Assembly (NCBI GenBank): GCA_965204725.1
Contig: OZ242005.1
Location: 256,001 to 320,000 of the forward strand
Source: Candidatus Latescibacterota bacterium
GTDB taxonomy: Bacteria > Latescibacterota > UBA2968 > UBA8231
DNA length: 64,000 nt
Direction of reading: 5' to 3'
Under the pieces are notes generated by a model that did not search any database, had not been told where the DNA came from, and saw only the letters and a program-made list of their open reading frames with translations. The first letter of the stretch is position 1. Every line of letters begins with the position of its first letter. This document shows, piece after piece, positions 37,584 through 48,918 of this stretch. A program made the position numbers and the translations under genes.

Positions 37584-38161
37584 TGCCTACAACCGCCATC
37601 GACTTTGCCGCGGCCGACCTCAACGCCCGCCAAGAGGCTGTAGATGCGCCTCAGCTCAGGCAGGCCGAACCCCAGCACAAGGCGACCATCGGCCTGTTGG
37701 TCAACGATCGCCCTGGGGTGTTGGTGCGAATCGCCCAGTGTTTTGCCCGCCGCGGCTACAACATCGAAAACTTAGTCGTCTCGCCGGCCCACATCCCCCA
37801 GTGCTCGCGCATGACCATGACCAGCATTGGCCCGGCTGCCGAGTTGCACCAGATCATTCTCCAGCTCAACAAGTTGGTCGATGTCATCCACGCCAAGGAT
37901 CACTCGGCCGCCAACGCCATTACCCGCGAGTTGGCGCTCTTCAAGGTCGGCTGCTCGGTCGAAGAGCGCACTGAGGTCTTGCAGATCGCCGAGGTTTTCC
38001 GCGGCAAGACGGTCGATATATCCGAGGAAACGATCACCATCGAAGCCACCGGCACCACCGAGAAGATGGACGCGCTCAAGTCGCTGTTGAGCAAATTCGA
38101 CCTCAAGGAAATGGTCCGCACCGGCAAGGTCGTCATGGCCCGCGGCAACGAGCCGACATAA
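37583..38161 (+). CDS. ilvN: Acetolactate synthase small (regulatory) subunit
   Basis: TAATG coupling; ACT domain 'NDRPGVLVRIAQCFARRGYNIENL', 'QLNKLVDV', 'EMVRTG'. Confidence 0.92.
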   Translation: MPTTAIDFAAADLNARQEAVDAPQLRQAEPQHKATIGLLVNDRPGVLVRIAQCFARRGYNIENLVVSPAHIPQCSRMTMTSIGPAAELHQIILQLNKLVDVIHAKDHSAANAITRELALFKVGCSVEERTEVLQIAEVFRGKTVDISEETITIEATGTTEKMDALKSLLSKFDLKEMVRTGKVVMARGNEPT

Positions 38162-38198
38162 AAAAGGGGGGATGAGCCATGCCCATCCCCCCCTCTTT
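38161..38198. terminator. Bidirectional rho-independent terminator
   Basis: AAAAA-GGGGGGATG..CATCCCCCC-TCTTT between convergent ilvN and the TonB receptor. Confidence 0.8.
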
Positions 38199-38215
38199 AC
38201 CTGCTGTACCTTCCC

Positions 38216-41095
38216 TCAAAACGCCACGCCCAATTGCCCAAAGACCAAGCGGCCGATCTCCGGTGCTCCAATAAAGGTCCGGTGCTTGGTGTCGAGCGCG
38301 TTGGAAACATCAACCCCGATCCGCATCGGCCCGAACGGCAGCCGATAACTGGCGTTCAAGTCGAGCAGCGAATACGAATCTACATCCCCGACGAACACCC
38401 CCGACTCTTGGCGAAACGCCCCCACGTAGCGCCACTGCGCCCCTAGGGTTAGTTGCGGTTGGTCAAAGGTGTACGACGTGCCGATTTTGAACTTGTTGCC
38501 CGGCGCGTTGAGCGCGATGTCGGCGATGTCATCGACTTTCTCAAACAAGGTTTTATCGACCCAAGAGTAGTTGCCTGTTAGCACCCATTGGTCGCTCGGG
38601 AAATAGGCCAAGTTCACGTCCAGCCCGTTGAGGGTGATCTCGCCGAAATTGCGATAGGTCAACATCACGGCCGTTGGGTCGAAGGCTTGTTCCGGCGTAA
38701 CCGTGCCAAATGGGATGCTCGCGGCCCCACCGGCAAACAAGGTGACAATCTCATCCACGGGCGAGCCATTGCCGTTGCCAGACAGGGTGCCCGGGACCTG
38801 CATATTGTCGAGCGGAGCGACGGCCGCGGCCATCTCTGGATTGTCGGTCAGCGTCTCGCCGAGGCTAGCCCCTAGTGCCGCGCCGAGGCTGGCCGGGTCG
38901 AGAAAGACATTGGGCGTCTGCACCTGAATCGGGGAGACGAAATCCTCGATTCGGGTGTGATACAGGTCGGCCGCTACGACCAGCTTCGCGCCGACCACGC
39001 CCTTGTAGCCCAGCTCAAAGGTCTCGGTGGTCGTCGAGCGAGTGAGCGGCACATCGAGAACATCCTCTACCGGATCAAAGGGGGCCGGATCGCCAGCCGC
39101 CACCTTCTCTAGGTTGAGCATGCGCAGGGTGTTGTCCAACCCCGTCAGTTGTTCGGGCACCAAGGCCGCCAACTCGCCCAATAGCTGCGCGGCAGCCTCC
39201 TCGGCCGCTGCTTGGTCCAGCCCTTGCAGGACCCCGATCTGGGTCGCGGCGAGTCCCTCAAAGAGCGGCGTATTGAGCCGGCTCAACACCCCCCGGCGCC
39301 CCAGCCCCCACATCACATTGGTAAAAAGCGGATCCCCCAAGTCGATGTAGGAGGCCGCCTCCTTTTCTGCCAACGGCGCGAAGGGCGAGCGAAACTGCGG
39401 TCGGCCATTGCCCGAGCGAGTAAAGGTCCAGCCGGAGGCAAAACCCTCTCGATAGGTCCCCTGCGCCCGCACGTCTATGGCCGGTCTAAAGCCCAGCGAC
39501 GGCTCAAAGGCCGCGCCAATGCCGAAGGCGTCTTCACTGGAGCTAATGTCCAAGTAGAGATTATTGCTCGACGGCGTCGCAAAGGCGCGATTGTACGTCA
39601 GCCGCAGGATCTGGGTCTCCCTCGGCTTAAAGACCAGCCCGGCGCGCGGCGAGATTTCGCCTTCGGGAATGCGGTTGTGGTCGTCGTAGCGCAGGGCCAC
39701 CACCAAGTCGAGCATCTCGCTCAGGGCCGTCTCGCTCTGTACATAGGCCCCGAATTCGTTGGTCTGATCGTAGTCTTCGTTGCCGCCGTTGATCGTTCCC
39801 TCGGTATCGGGCCGCGTCAGCAACACATCCACACCGTAGGTAAAGCGCTGCCGACCTCCTAGCGCGGCCGAGTGCTGGAGCTGGAAGGCGGTCAACGTAG
39901 AGTTATCGACGATCGGATTCCCATCGCGCAGGGTAAAGGTGTCGCCGGCGTTGCTCCCATTTTGGAAGACTTGGGCGAACCAATTTTTGTACAACAGGCG
40001 CAACTGGACATAGTTGTTCTCCCAGTCTTGGGCTTGGCCGGCTCCAAGGCCGGTCAACTCGATCTGATCGGCCTTGTTGTATCCGGCCGCCAAAATAGCC
40101 GTTAAGTCGTCCGAGGCCCGGTAGTCTAGGCGCACTTCGGCACTCTGGCGTTCAATGTCAAAACTGCGTGGTTGGATGGCTGGATTGGCGGCCCTAGCCC
40201 GCACCTCCTCTGGATCTTCGTACTCCCAGTCCATCCCCTCGTAGTACTGGGCCGACACCTTGTAGCCGAGGCGCTCGCCCGCCGTCCCGGCGTGGCGCAT
40301 CCCGACCTTGTACACACTGCGCTCGCCCACGCCCACGTTCACGTTGGTCCCCGCTGACGTGAACGGCGAGTGGGTGATGATGTGCATCACGCCGTTGGCG
40401 CTATTCGGCCCGTAGAGCGCGGCCCCCGGCCCCAACACCACCTCAATGCGCTCGATATCGTCGTTGGTCACCGGAATGAAGTTGTAGGCATTCAAGCGCA
40501 GGGAGGGGACGCGGGCGATGCGGTTGTCGGTCAGGGTCAGTAGCGCACCCGAAAAGACATTGTTGAAGCCCCGCACGACCACGTTGCTCTGGGCCAAGCC
40601 GGTCTGGGAAAAGTCAACGGCCGGCAGGTCGCGGATGTGCTCGGCCACGCTGAGTGCCGGCCGGTTGCGGATGTCCTTGGCTTCGACCACGGCCACCGAG
40701 GCCGGGGCTTCGAGGACCTTTTCCTGCCGCCGCGAGGCCGAGACTACGTTCTGGTCGAGGAAGATGAGCCCCGTCTCCAGCCTCAGCCTCAACTCCTGCT
40801 CTCCGCCGACGATACCAACCCCTTCTCTTAATAGGGACCGATAGCCGATATGCGTGACGCTGAGCTGGTACTCGCCGGTGGGCAGCCCCGCTAGGCGGAA
40901 GCGACCGGCTTCGTCGGTGACCGTGCCGATCTTGCCACCCGGCAGCAGGTCGCCGACGAGGACGACATTGGCCCCGGGAATGGCTTCGCCTTCCGGCCCC
41001 ATCACGACGCCGGAAAGCGTCCCCTCTGCGCCGAAGGCCGCGCCCGCCCACAGCACGAAAGCATATAACAGCAACTTGTACTTCATCATTAGCAT
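38216..41095 (-). CDS. TonB-dependent receptor with N-terminal carboxypeptidase-regulatory-like domain
   Basis: RBS AAGGAG; 'GEAIPGANV', plug 'IERIEVVLGPGAALYGPNSANGVMHIIT'; C-terminal 'GQLGVAF'. Confidence 0.92.
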   Translation of the reverse strand: MLMMKYKLLLYAFVLWAGAAFGAEGTLSGVVMGPEGEAIPGANVVLVGDLLPGGKIGTVTDEAGRFRLAGLPTGEYQLSVTHIGYRSLLREGVGIVGGEQELRLRLETGLIFLDQNVVSASRRQEKVLEAPASVAVVEAKDIRNRPALSVAEHIRDLPAVDFSQTGLAQSNVVVRGFNNVFSGALLTLTDNRIARVPSLRLNAYNFIPVTNDDIERIEVVLGPGAALYGPNSANGVMHIITHSPFTSAGTNVNVGVGERSVYKVGMRHAGTAGERLGYKVSAQYYEGMDWEYEDPEEVRARAANPAIQPRSFDIERQSAEVRLDYRASDDLTAILAAGYNKADQIELTGLGAGQAQDWENNYVQLRLLYKNWFAQVFQNGSNAGDTFTLRDGNPIVDNSTLTAFQLQHSAALGGRQRFTYGVDVLLTRPDTEGTINGGNEDYDQTNEFGAYVQSETALSEMLDLVVALRYDDHNRIPEGEISPRAGLVFKPRETQILRLTYNRAFATPSSNNLYLDISSSEDAFGIGAAFEPSLGFRPAIDVRAQGTYREGFASGWTFTRSGNGRPQFRSPFAPLAEKEAASYIDLGDPLFTNVMWGLGRRGVLSRLNTPLFEGLAATQIGVLQGLDQAAAEEAAAQLLGELAALVPEQLTGLDNTLRMLNLEKVAAGDPAPFDPVEDVLDVPLTRSTTTETFELGYKGVVGAKLVVAADLYHTRIEDFVSPIQVQTPNVFLDPASLGAALGASLGETLTDNPEMAAAVAPLDNMQVPGTLSGNGNGSPVDEIVTLFAGGAASIPFGTVTPEQAFDPTAVMLTYRNFGEITLNGLDVNLAYFPSDQWVLTGNYSWVDKTLFEKVDDIADIALNAPGNKFKIGTSYTFDQPQLTLGAQWRYVGAFRQESGVFVGDVDSYSLLDLNASYRLPFGPMRIGVDVSNALDTKHRTFIGAPEIGRLVFGQLGVAF

Positions 41096-41285
41096 TCGCT
41101 CCTTGTTTTGGTTTTGTAATGTACCCCCATGCACCCGGTTCCGCTACCCAATAAGTAATCTCGCAACGCATTCCCAAGCAAAGGCATAATGATCTTTCAA
41201 AACAGATCTCGCCCGCTCAGTTGATTCCCCGCGCCTCCATTGCGTATTTTTTTCGCCTTAACTCACCTACCATCGGAGACTTTTC

Positions 41286-42305
41286 ATGTCGGACCAACTC
41301 AAGCTAGCCTTTATTGGCTGTGGGGCCATCGCTCGCTTTCACCTCGACGGCATCAAGGGGCACGCCCCCCGCATCGACGTCACCGCGTTAGTCGATCTCG
41401 ACGAGGCCAAAGCCCAAGCCTACGCCGCTGAAACCGGCGGGCAAGCCTTCACCTCGCTCGACTCAGCGCTCGAAAAGGGCGACTTCGACGCCGTCGATAT
41501 CATGCTACCCCACGACCTGCACGAACCCATCGCCCTCAAGTGCCTCGCCGCCGGCAAGCACGTGCTCTTGGAAAAACCCATGGCCCCCACCCTCGACGCC
41601 TGCGACCGCATTCTCGCCGCGGCCCGCACGGCCCCAGGCGTCTTTATGGTCGCGGAAAACAGCCAGTACTGGCCCGAAATTGTCGAGGCCCAAAAGCTCC
41701 TTACGGCCGGGGCCATCGGCGAGATCATCACCGCCCGCGCCGCCTTTGTCTATCCCTTTGACGACTACTGGTTCAAAGAACAGCGGCCTTGGCGCTACGA
41801 AAAGGGGCGCACCGGCGGCGGCATCGCAATCGACGGCGGCTCGCACTGGATTCGGCCCCTGCGAATGTGGATGGGCGAAATCAAAGAGGTGGTCGGCGTA
41901 CTGGGGCACCCGCTCGCGCAAATGGAGGGCGAGTCCCTCGCCCGCGCGCTCTTCCGCTTTGATTCGGGCAAGACCGCCGTCTTCGATGCCATGATGATCG
42001 ACACGGTCTTGGCCCCAGACCCTTGGTGGCGGATTACGGGCACCCAAGGCGAGCTCACCATCAACGCCGGTCTCGACGGGGCCGAGCTGTGGCTGTGGGA
42101 CGCCGACCATCCCGAGGGCGAGCGGCTTTTTGCCAGCGCGGGTTACACCGAGTCCTTTGGGCCGGAGCTCGCGGATTTCGCCGCGGCCATCCTCGACGGC
42201 AAGGCCCCAGACGCGCCGGCCGAACACTCCCTCGGCGAGTTGCGCACGGCCTTGGCACTCTATCGCTCGGCCACCAGTCAGCGGTGGGAAAAGGTGTGGG
42301 CGTAG
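41286..42305 (+). CDS. Gfo/Idh/MocA-family oxidoreductase
   Basis: 'IGCGAIA', 'GKHVLLEKPMA', 'GGGIAIDGGSH'. Confidence 0.9.
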   Translation: MSDQLKLAFIGCGAIARFHLDGIKGHAPRIDVTALVDLDEAKAQAYAAETGGQAFTSLDSALEKGDFDAVDIMLPHDLHEPIALKCLAAGKHVLLEKPMAPTLDACDRILAAARTAPGVFMVAENSQYWPEIVEAQKLLTAGAIGEIITARAAFVYPFDDYWFKEQRPWRYEKGRTGGGIAIDGGSHWIRPLRMWMGEIKEVVGVLGHPLAQMEGESLARALFRFDSGKTAVFDAMMIDTVLAPDPWWRITGTQGELTINAGLDGAELWLWDADHPEGERLFASAGYTESFGPELADFAAAILDGKAPDAPAEHSLGELRTALALYRSATSQRWEKVWA

Positions 42306-42308
42306 TGC

Positions 42309-42337
42309 TTGCACGAAAAGTTCCTTTGGGATATATT
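42309..42337 (+). promoter_or_regulatory. Putative sigma70 promoter of ppdK
   Basis: TTGCAC-17 nt-TATATT. Confidence 0.5.
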
Positions 42338-42493
42338 CAGCCCTCCGAGGCCGTTCCTCAAAGCACCGCGCATGTTCTCTTTCCAACACCCCAATTCGCC
42401 CCTCTTTCCATCGCAGCGGCAAAGGCTGTCAAGGCCGCGATGCCCTCTCGATCCAAACCCATCCCATTAACTATACTATAGAATAGGAAAGCA

Positions 42494-45124
42494 ATGACGG
42501 AAAAGTACGTATATCTGTTTGGCACCTCCCAATCCGAAGGCGACAAGGAAATGCGCAACCTGCTCGGCGGCAAAGGCGCCAACCTCGCCGAAATGGCCCA
42601 GCTCGGCCTGCCCGTCCCAGCCGGTTTTACCATTACCACCGAAGTTTGCACCCACTACTACCACCACGACAAAACGTACCCCAGCGCACTCAAAGGCCAA
42701 GTAGAGCGCGCCGTTGCAGCCATCGAAGAAACCATGAGTATGCGCTTTGGCGACGCGGCCAACCCGCTCTTGCTATCCGTGCGTTCCGGGGCCAGAGTGT
42801 CCATGCCCGGCATGATGGAGACCGTGCTCAACCTCGGCCTCAACGACGAGATCGTGCAGGGGCTTATCGAACAATCGGGCGACCCGCGCTTTTGCTACGA
42901 CGTGTACCGCCGCTTTGTGCAAATGTACGGCGACGTGGTCATGGGCTTGCGGCCGGAGGACGAAACTGAAACCGACCCTTTCGAGGCCCTGCTCGAAGCG
43001 AAAAAGCACGCCCGGGGGGTCGCGCTCGACAGCGAACTAAGCGCCGAAGACCTGCGCGCATTGGTCGCCGAGTTTAAGGCCGAGATCGCCAAGCGGCTCA
43101 ACCGCACATTCCCCGAAGACCCCCACGAGCAGTTGTGGCAGGCCATCGGCGCGGTCTTTGGCTCTTGGCAGGGCCAGCGCGCCATCCGCTACCGAGAAAT
43201 CGAAGGCATCCCCCACGACTGGGGCACGGCCGTCAACGTCCAGTCCATGGTGTACGGCAATATGGGCGCCGATTGCGCCACGGGCGTGGCCTTCACCCGC
43301 AATCCCTCGACCGGGGAGAAACACCTGTACGGCGAGTTCCTCACCAACGCCCAAGGTGAAGACGTAGTCGCTGGCATCCGCACTCCTCAGCCCCTGTCCG
43401 AACTCAGCGGCCAAATGCCGCAAGTGTACGAGCAGTTTGAACGGATCTGCGCCCAGCTAGAGCCGCACTACCGCGACATGCAGGACGTGGAGTTCACCGT
43501 CCAAAAGGGCAAGCTGTGGATGCTGCAAACCCGCAACGGCAAGCGCACCGGGGCTGCGGCCGTGCAAATCGCCGTGGACATGGTCGCCGAAGGGCTGATC
43601 GCACGAGAGGAAGCCCTCCAGCGCGTCACCCCGGCTCAGATCGACCAGCTCCTCCATCCCACGTTTGCCGACTCCAGCCCCCGACACGTCATTGCCGAGG
43701 GCTTGCCGGCCTCCCCGGGGGCCGCGGTCGGCCAAGTCGTCTTCAACGCCAACGAGGCCGAAGCCCAAGCGGCCGCAGGCCAGCAGGTCATCTTGGTGCG
43801 CCAAGAGACGTCGCCCGAAGACATCGGCGGCATGGACGCGGCCCAAGGCATCCTCACCGCGCGCGGGGGCGCGTCCTCTCATGCCGCCCTAGTCGCGCGC
43901 GGCATGGGCAAGTGCTGCGTGGCCGGCTGCGAGGCCATAGCCATCAACTACCGCGAGGAGTTGTTTACCGCCGGCGACCAGACCGTCAAAAAGGGCGATT
44001 GGATCTCCATCGACGGCTCGTCCGGCCAAGTCATGCTGGGCCAAGTGCCCACTGTGGAGCCCAGTTTTTCAGCGGCGTTTGCGACCGTGATGAGCTGGGC
44101 CGACGACAAGCGCCGGCTGGCCGTCCGCACCAACGCCGATACGCCCCACGACTCTCAGGTGGCCCGCAAGTTCGGCGCGGAGGGCATCGGCTTGTGCCGC
44201 ACGGAGCACATGTTCTTCGAGGCCGACCGCATCGTGGCGGTGCGCGAGATGATCCTCGCTGGCGACGAGGCCGGCCGCCGCCGGGCGCTAGCCAAGCTCA
44301 AGCCCATACAGCGGCGCGATTTCGAGGGCATTTTCACCGCCATGGACGGCCTGCCCGTAACCATCCGCCTGCTAGACCCGCCGCTGCACGAGTTCTTGCC
44401 CCACGAGCCGGCCCAGCAAGCGCAAATGGCCGCGGAAATGGGCGTCCCCTTGAGCCAGATCGAGGCCAAAATCGCCTCCCTGCACGAGTTCAACCCCATG
44501 TTGGGGCACCGCGGCTGTCGCTTGGGGATCACGTACCCAGAAATCTACGAGATGCAGGTCGAGGCCATTTTCGAGGCCGCCGTCAACGTGCGGGCCACAG
44601 GCGTCAAGCCCCTGCCCGAAATTATGATCCCCCTCGTGGGAGCCGAGCGCGAGTTTAGCGACCTAAAGGCCATGGTCGACCGCGTCGCCATTGCCAGCGG
44701 CGGCACTATCGAGTATCTAGTAGGAACCATGATCGAAATTCCCCGCGCCGCCCTCCTCGCCGACCAAATCGCCGCGGAAGCCGAGTTTTTCAGCTTTGGG
44801 ACCAACGACCTGACCCAGCTCACCTTTGGCTATAGCCGCGACGACGCCGGCAAGTTCCTTCCCGAATACGTAGCCCAAGGCATTCTCGCCGACGATCCAT
44901 TCCAAAGCCTCGACCAAGAGGGCACCGGCCAGCTCGTGCGCCTCGGCACCGAGCGGGGCCGCAGCGCTCGTCCCCAGCTCAAGGTGGGCATCTGCGGCGA
45001 GCACGGCGGCGACCCAAGTTCGGTGACCTTTTGCCACGAAGTGGGGCTCGACTACGTGTCCTGTTCCCCCTACCGAGTGCCCATCGCCCGCTTGGCGGCC
45101 GCCCAAGCCGCCCTTGCCGAGTGA
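42494..45124 (+). CDS. ppdK: Pyruvate, phosphate dikinase
   Basis: '[12 protein letters not shown]', '[14 protein letters not shown]', 'GLCRTEHMF', '[10 protein letters not shown]', 'GICGEHGG'. Confidence 0.97.
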   Translation: MTEKYVYLFGTSQSEGDKEMRNLLGGKGANLAEMAQLGLPVPAGFTITTEVCTHYYHHDKTYPSALKGQVERAVAAIEETMSMRFGDAANPLLLSVRSGARVSMPGMMETVLNLGLNDEIVQGLIEQSGDPRFCYDVYRRFVQMYGDVVMGLRPEDETETDPFEALLEAKKHARGVALDSELSAEDLRALVAEFKAEIAKRLNRTFPEDPHEQLWQAIGAVFGSWQGQRAIRYREIEGIPHDWGTAVNVQSMVYGNMGADCATGVAFTRNPSTGEKHLYGEFLTNAQGEDVVAGIRTPQPLSELSGQMPQVYEQFERICAQLEPHYRDMQDVEFTVQKGKLWMLQTRNGKRTGAAAVQIAVDMVAEGLIAREEALQRVTPAQIDQLLHPTFADSSPRHVIAEGLPASPGAAVGQVVFNANEAEAQAAAGQQVILVRQETSPEDIGGMDAAQGILTARGGASSHAALVARGMGKCCVAGCEAIAINYREELFTAGDQTVKKGDWISIDGSSGQVMLGQVPTVEPSFSAAFATVMSWADDKRRLAVRTNADTPHDSQVARKFGAEGIGLCRTEHMFFEADRIVAVREMILAGDEAGRRRALAKLKPIQRRDFEGIFTAMDGLPVTIRLLDPPLHEFLPHEPAQQAQMAAEMGVPLSQIEAKIASLHEFNPMLGHRGCRLGITYPEIYEMQVEAIFEAAVNVRATGVKPLPEIMIPLVGAEREFSDLKAMVDRVAIASGGTIEYLVGTMIEIPRAALLADQIAAEAEFFSFGTNDLTQLTFGYSRDDAGKFLPEYVAQGILADDPFQSLDQEGTGQLVRLGTERGRSARPQLKVGICGEHGGDPSSVTFCHEVGLDYVSCSPYRVPIARLAAAQAALAE

Positions 45125-45132
45125 GCTTTGAC

Positions 45133-45900
45133 ATGGGTCGGGTCATCGCCATATCCAATCAAAAAGGAGGGGTCGGCAAGACGACTACGGCCGTCAACTT
45201 GGCGGCTAGCCTCGCCGTGGCCGAGCAAAATACTTTGCTCATCGACATGGACCCGCAGGCCAACGCCTCTTCTGGCTGTGGCTTTCAGACCGGCGCGGAG
45301 ATCGAAACGGCCAATATCTACCACGCGCTGATCGGGCAAAAGACGCCCGCCGAGGTCATCTACGAGACCAAGATACCCTTTCTGTCCTTAATTCCCTCGC
45401 ACATCAACCTGACGGGCGCCGAGGTCGAAATGGTCAACATGATCGCCCGCGAGCAAAAGTTAGACGGGCTGCTCGACCAAGTCCGCGACCAATACGCTTA
45501 TATCATTCTCGACTGTCCGCCCTCTTTGGGCCTGTTGACCATCAACGCCCTGACGGCCGCCGACTCCGTGATGATACCCATTCAGTGCGAGTACTACGCG
45601 CTAGAGGGCCTCGGCCGGCTGCTCAACACCGTGCGCCAGATCCAACGCCACCTCAATCCCAAGCTCCAGATCGCCGGCGTCCTGCTCACCATGTTCGACG
45701 GGCGCTTGAACCTATCGCGCCAAGTGTCTTCCGAGGTCAAGTCCTATTTCGGCAACAAGGTTTACAAGACCTCCATCAGCCGCAACGTGCGGTTGGCCGA
45801 GGCCCCTAGCCACGGTCAACCCATCGTACTCTACGACATTCTGTCGCAGGGATCTCAAGATTATATGAGCCTTGCAGGAGAAGTGATCAACCATGGGTAA
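45133..45900 (+). CDS. parA: Chromosome partitioning ATPase ParA/Soj
   Basis: '[11 protein letters not shown]', 'DCPPSLG', '[11 protein letters not shown]', '[12 protein letters not shown]'. Confidence 0.95.
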   Translation: MGRVIAISNQKGGVGKTTTAVNLAASLAVAEQNTLLIDMDPQANASSGCGFQTGAEIETANIYHALIGQKTPAEVIYETKIPFLSLIPSHINLTGAEVEMVNMIAREQKLDGLLDQVRDQYAYIILDCPPSLGLLTINALTAADSVMIPIQCEYYALEGLGRLLNTVRQIQRHLNPKLQIAGVLLTMFDGRLNLSRQVSSEVKSYFGNKVYKTSISRNVRLAEAPSHGQPIVLYDILSQGSQDYMSLAGEVINHG

Positions 45901-46762
45901 GAAGCCGGTTCTCGGCAAAGGCATCAGCGCCCTCATCCCGGAATATGCCGAACCTAGCGGCCAAGGCGACGCTACGCGCCAAGTCGTCCATCTCAACGTC
46001 GATGAGATTGAACCCAACCCCCATCAAGCCCGCACCGAGTTCGACGAGGAGCGCATTGACGAGCTGATGTACTCAATTCAAGAAAAAGGCGTCATCCAGC
46101 CCATCGCCGTCAACCGCATCGGCCAGACCTACCAAATCATCGCCGGCGAGCGCCGCTGGCGGGCCGTCAAGAAGGCGGGGATTCAACAAATACCGGCCAT
46201 CGTCCACGAAATCGAGTCCCAGCAAGACTTGATGGAGCTGTCGCTAATCGAGAACATCCAGCGCGAAAACCTGACCCCCATCGAAGAGGCCGAAGGCTAC
46301 CGCTCGCTCACCGACAAGTGCTTTCTCACCCAAGAGGAAGTCGCCCGCAAAGTGGGGAAAAATCGCTCGACCGTCACCAATCTTCTCCGGCTGCTGCAAC
46401 TGCCGCACGAAGTCCAAGACTTCTTGCGCCGCGGCCAATTGCAAATGGGGCACGCCCGCGCCCTGCTCGGCCTCGAAGAAGACGAAGACCGGCTCGCGCT
46501 GGCTCGCCGGGCCGTCGAGGAGAAAATGGCCGTCCGCGAGGTCGAAAAGGCGGTCGCAAATCAGCGCATTGGTCGCAAAAAAAAGAAAACGCCCAAAGAA
46601 ATCTCCACCGATCCCCACATCCGCGACTATGAGGAGCGGTTGCAGCACCGCTTCGGCACGGCCGTCAACATCCGCCGCAAGGCAAACAAGGGGTGGATTC
46701 AGGTCGAATTTTACAACGACGGCGATCTAGAGCGCCTGCTCGACCTGCTCGACAGCGAATGA
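45893..46762 (+). CDS. parB: Chromosome partitioning protein ParB/Spo0J
   Basis: 'LGKGISALI', '[10 protein letters not shown]', '[10 protein letters not shown]', HTH '[14 protein letters not shown]'. Confidence 0.95.
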   Translation: MGKKPVLGKGISALIPEYAEPSGQGDATRQVVHLNVDEIEPNPHQARTEFDEERIDELMYSIQEKGVIQPIAVNRIGQTYQIIAGERRWRAVKKAGIQQIPAIVHEIESQQDLMELSLIENIQRENLTPIEEAEGYRSLTDKCFLTQEEVARKVGKNRSTVTNLLRLLQLPHEVQDFLRRGQLQMGHARALLGLEEDEDRLALARRAVEEKMAVREVEKAVANQRIGRKKKKTPKEISTDPHIRDYEERLQHRFGTAVNIRRKANKGWIQVEFYNDGDLERLLDLLDSE

Positions 46763-48138
46763 ACCTCGGTTGGTGCCGCTTGGCCCCACTGCTCGCCCTC
46801 GGCGCCTGTAGCTTGCTCCACGACGAGCTTCCCAACGATCCCCCGACCGTGCATTTGGCGCGGATGACCTGCCAGCCGCCAAATCAAGCCTCCCTCGACA
46901 CCCTAATAAACAGCGCGGGCGCGGTCTGCCGGGTCCAGCGCGGCGGCGAGATTCGCTTTGAAATCCGCGCAGCCGACGAAGACGACGATCCCGTGTTCTA
47001 CGAGTGGAAAGCCCCGGCCGGAGGCCGCTTCCGCGATTCGCAGGCCCAAGAGACCAACGCTTGGTTCGCCCCCCAAACCATTGACGGCTCCAGCGAGCAA
47101 TTCGTCGTGCAGGTCCTCATAACCGACCGCAACTGCAAGGTCGTACCCGATCCAGCCGACCGCCAGCGCTGCGACGAAGACGCACGAGTGCTGGTCGAAA
47201 ACTTTATCGTGGAGGTCGTGCAGCGCGCCCCGGTGTTGGAAGTACGGGCCGACGCGACCGGCGCGTTTGCCGCCCCGCACCTATTTATCGACGCGCTTGG
47301 AACCGACCCAGACGGCGATCCGCTCGAATACCACTGGGAGCCGGTCGATGGGGACCGCCTCGGCGTATGGCCGGAGGCCCTCCGCGACGAGGAAACCGGT
47401 CGGCCCATCGGCTCGCGTGCCATGGTCGTCGCCTTCTTTCCCGGCCCCCACACGCTGCGCGTTGCCGCCAGCGACGGCGCGGCACGCACGGAGCGCGAAA
47501 TCACCCTCCAAGTAACTGAGCCACCGCTACCGGCTGGCGGCATGGTGCGCCTGAGCCTGCCAACCACCGGCCAAGCCTACGAAATGGACGCGTACGAGTA
47601 TCCCAACGCCCGCGGCGAGCGGCCCCAGTCCGCTTCGTTTTTCCACGCGGCTCGCCAGTGCGCAGCCGTTGGCAAACGCCTGTGCCAGCCGAGCGAGTGG
47701 CGCGCAGCGTGTCGAGCCGGCCAAATGCGGAGTTTTTCTTCGACCGACGATTTGGCCGCCTACGACAGCCGCGACCACTTTGGCGTACGCTTTTGCAACG
47801 TGCCGGGTTCGGCCTTTTCTCAACTCGGCAGCGACCCAACCGACCAAATCGCGCCCTCCGGCTCGTTTCCCAACTGCGGCGGCGCGACCGGCATCTTCGA
47901 CCTGACCGGCAACATGGACGAGTGGGTCGCCGCGATTGACGACGCCGGCGATCTAGCGGTGTACGTCGCAGCAAGCAGCGTATTTGCCAGCGGTGCTTGC
48001 GACAGCGCGACCCTTGTGGGCACCCTGTCCATCAAGGGCCGCGACCCGTACGATCTAGAGGCCCTCGCGGAAATCGTCGCCGACTCGCCCCTGCAAAACT
48101 ACGAGCAGCCCCTCCTTGGCTTCCGCTGCTGCCGTTGA
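46759..48138 (+). CDS. Lipoprotein with Ig/PKD-like domains and C-terminal FGE-sulfatase (SUMF1)-like domain
   Basis: Lipobox LGAC; 'DPDGDPLEYHW'; 'MDAYEYPN', 'KRLC..EWRAAC', 'FDLTGNMDEWV', 'GFRCCR'. Confidence 0.8.
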   Translation: MNLGWCRLAPLLALGACSLLHDELPNDPPTVHLARMTCQPPNQASLDTLINSAGAVCRVQRGGEIRFEIRAADEDDDPVFYEWKAPAGGRFRDSQAQETNAWFAPQTIDGSSEQFVVQVLITDRNCKVVPDPADRQRCDEDARVLVENFIVEVVQRAPVLEVRADATGAFAAPHLFIDALGTDPDGDPLEYHWEPVDGDRLGVWPEALRDEETGRPIGSRAMVVAFFPGPHTLRVAASDGAARTEREITLQVTEPPLPAGGMVRLSLPTTGQAYEMDAYEYPNARGERPQSASFFHAARQCAAVGKRLCQPSEWRAACRAGQMRSFSSTDDLAAYDSRDHFGVRFCNVPGSAFSQLGSDPTDQIAPSGSFPNCGGATGIFDLTGNMDEWVAAIDDAGDLAVYVAASSVFASGACDSATLVGTLSIKGRDPYDLEALAEIVADSPLQNYEQPLLGFRCCR

Positions 48139-48153
48139 CCCCGCTTCCAAGTC

Positions 48154-48918
48154 ATGGATCCAGCACAACTCCGCCATCTGCTAGACCAAGTAGCCACCGG
48201 CGCTCTCGAGCCGAGCCAAGCCTTAGAGCGGCTTAGGAACCTGCCTTTTGAGAACCTCGGATTTGCCCACGTCGATCATCACCGCGCCCTGCGCACCGGG
48301 TTCCCAGAAGTCATTTTCGGCCAAGGCAAGACCTGCGAGCAGGTGCTGGCCATTGCCGAGCGCGTCATCGCCCACGGCGCTCAGGTGCTGGCCACCCGCG
48401 TCGAAGCGGCCACGGCCCAAGCACTCGTCGAGTGCTTCGACCGCGCCGAGCACGACCCCCTCGCCCGCACGGTCCTAGTGCCGACAGCCAAACGCCCCGC
48501 GCCCGAGGGCCTAGTAGCCGTAGTCGCGGCTGGCACCTCGGACTTACCCGTAGCCCGCGAAGCCATCGTCACGGCCCGGGCGATGGGAGCGCATGTCGAG
48601 GAGGTCTGCGATGTCGGCGTCGCTGGCCTGCACCGGCTCTTGGCCTATCGCACGCTCTTGCAGCGGGCGCGAGCCATCGTCGTCGTCGCTGGGATGGAGG
48701 GCGCACTCGCCAGCGTCGTCGGCGGGCTGGTGGATGTTCCGGTCGTGGCCGTGCCGACTAGCGTGGGCTACGGCGCGAGTTTCCACGGCCTCGCCGCGCT
48801 CTTGGCCATGCTCAACTCCTGTGCCGCCGGCGTGGTTGTCGTCAACATCGACAACGGCTTTGGCGCGGGGTACGCAGCCGCCCAGATCAACCGCCGCCCC
48901 CACCAGCCCCCCGAATGA
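48154..48918 (+). CDS. larB: Nickel pincer cofactor biosynthesis protein LarB (AIR-carboxylase-related)
   Basis: 'DHHRALRTGFPEVIFGQGK', 'AGTSDLPVAREA', 'DVGVAGLHR', 'VPTSVGYG', 'NIDNGFGA'. Confidence 0.92.
   Translation: MDPAQLRHLLDQVATGALEPSQALERLRNLPFENLGFAHVDHHRALRTGFPEVIFGQGKTCEQVLAIAERVIAHGAQVLATRVEAATAQALVECFDRAEHDPLARTVLVPTAKRPAPEGLVAVVAAGTSDLPVAREAIVTARAMGAHVEEVCDVGVAGLHRLLAYRTLLQRARAIVVVAGMEGALASVVGGLVDVPVVAVPTSVGYGASFHGLAALLAMLNSCAAGVVVVNIDNGFGAGYAAAQINRRPHQPPE

Noticed and set aside
41096-41285. Cobalamin/TPP riboswitch upstream of the TonB receptor
   Set aside because: No conserved riboswitch motifs; the short divergent region is explained by promoters.
41278-41296. CTTTTCATGTCGGACC as a parS site near parAB
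   Set aside because: About 9/16 match to TGTTTCACGTGAAACA, not palindromic, and overlaps a start codon.
47500-48138. FGE/CLec-fold C-terminus as a diversity-generating retroelement target
   Set aside because: No template repeat with adenine-specific mismatches and no reverse transcriptase seen in the window.
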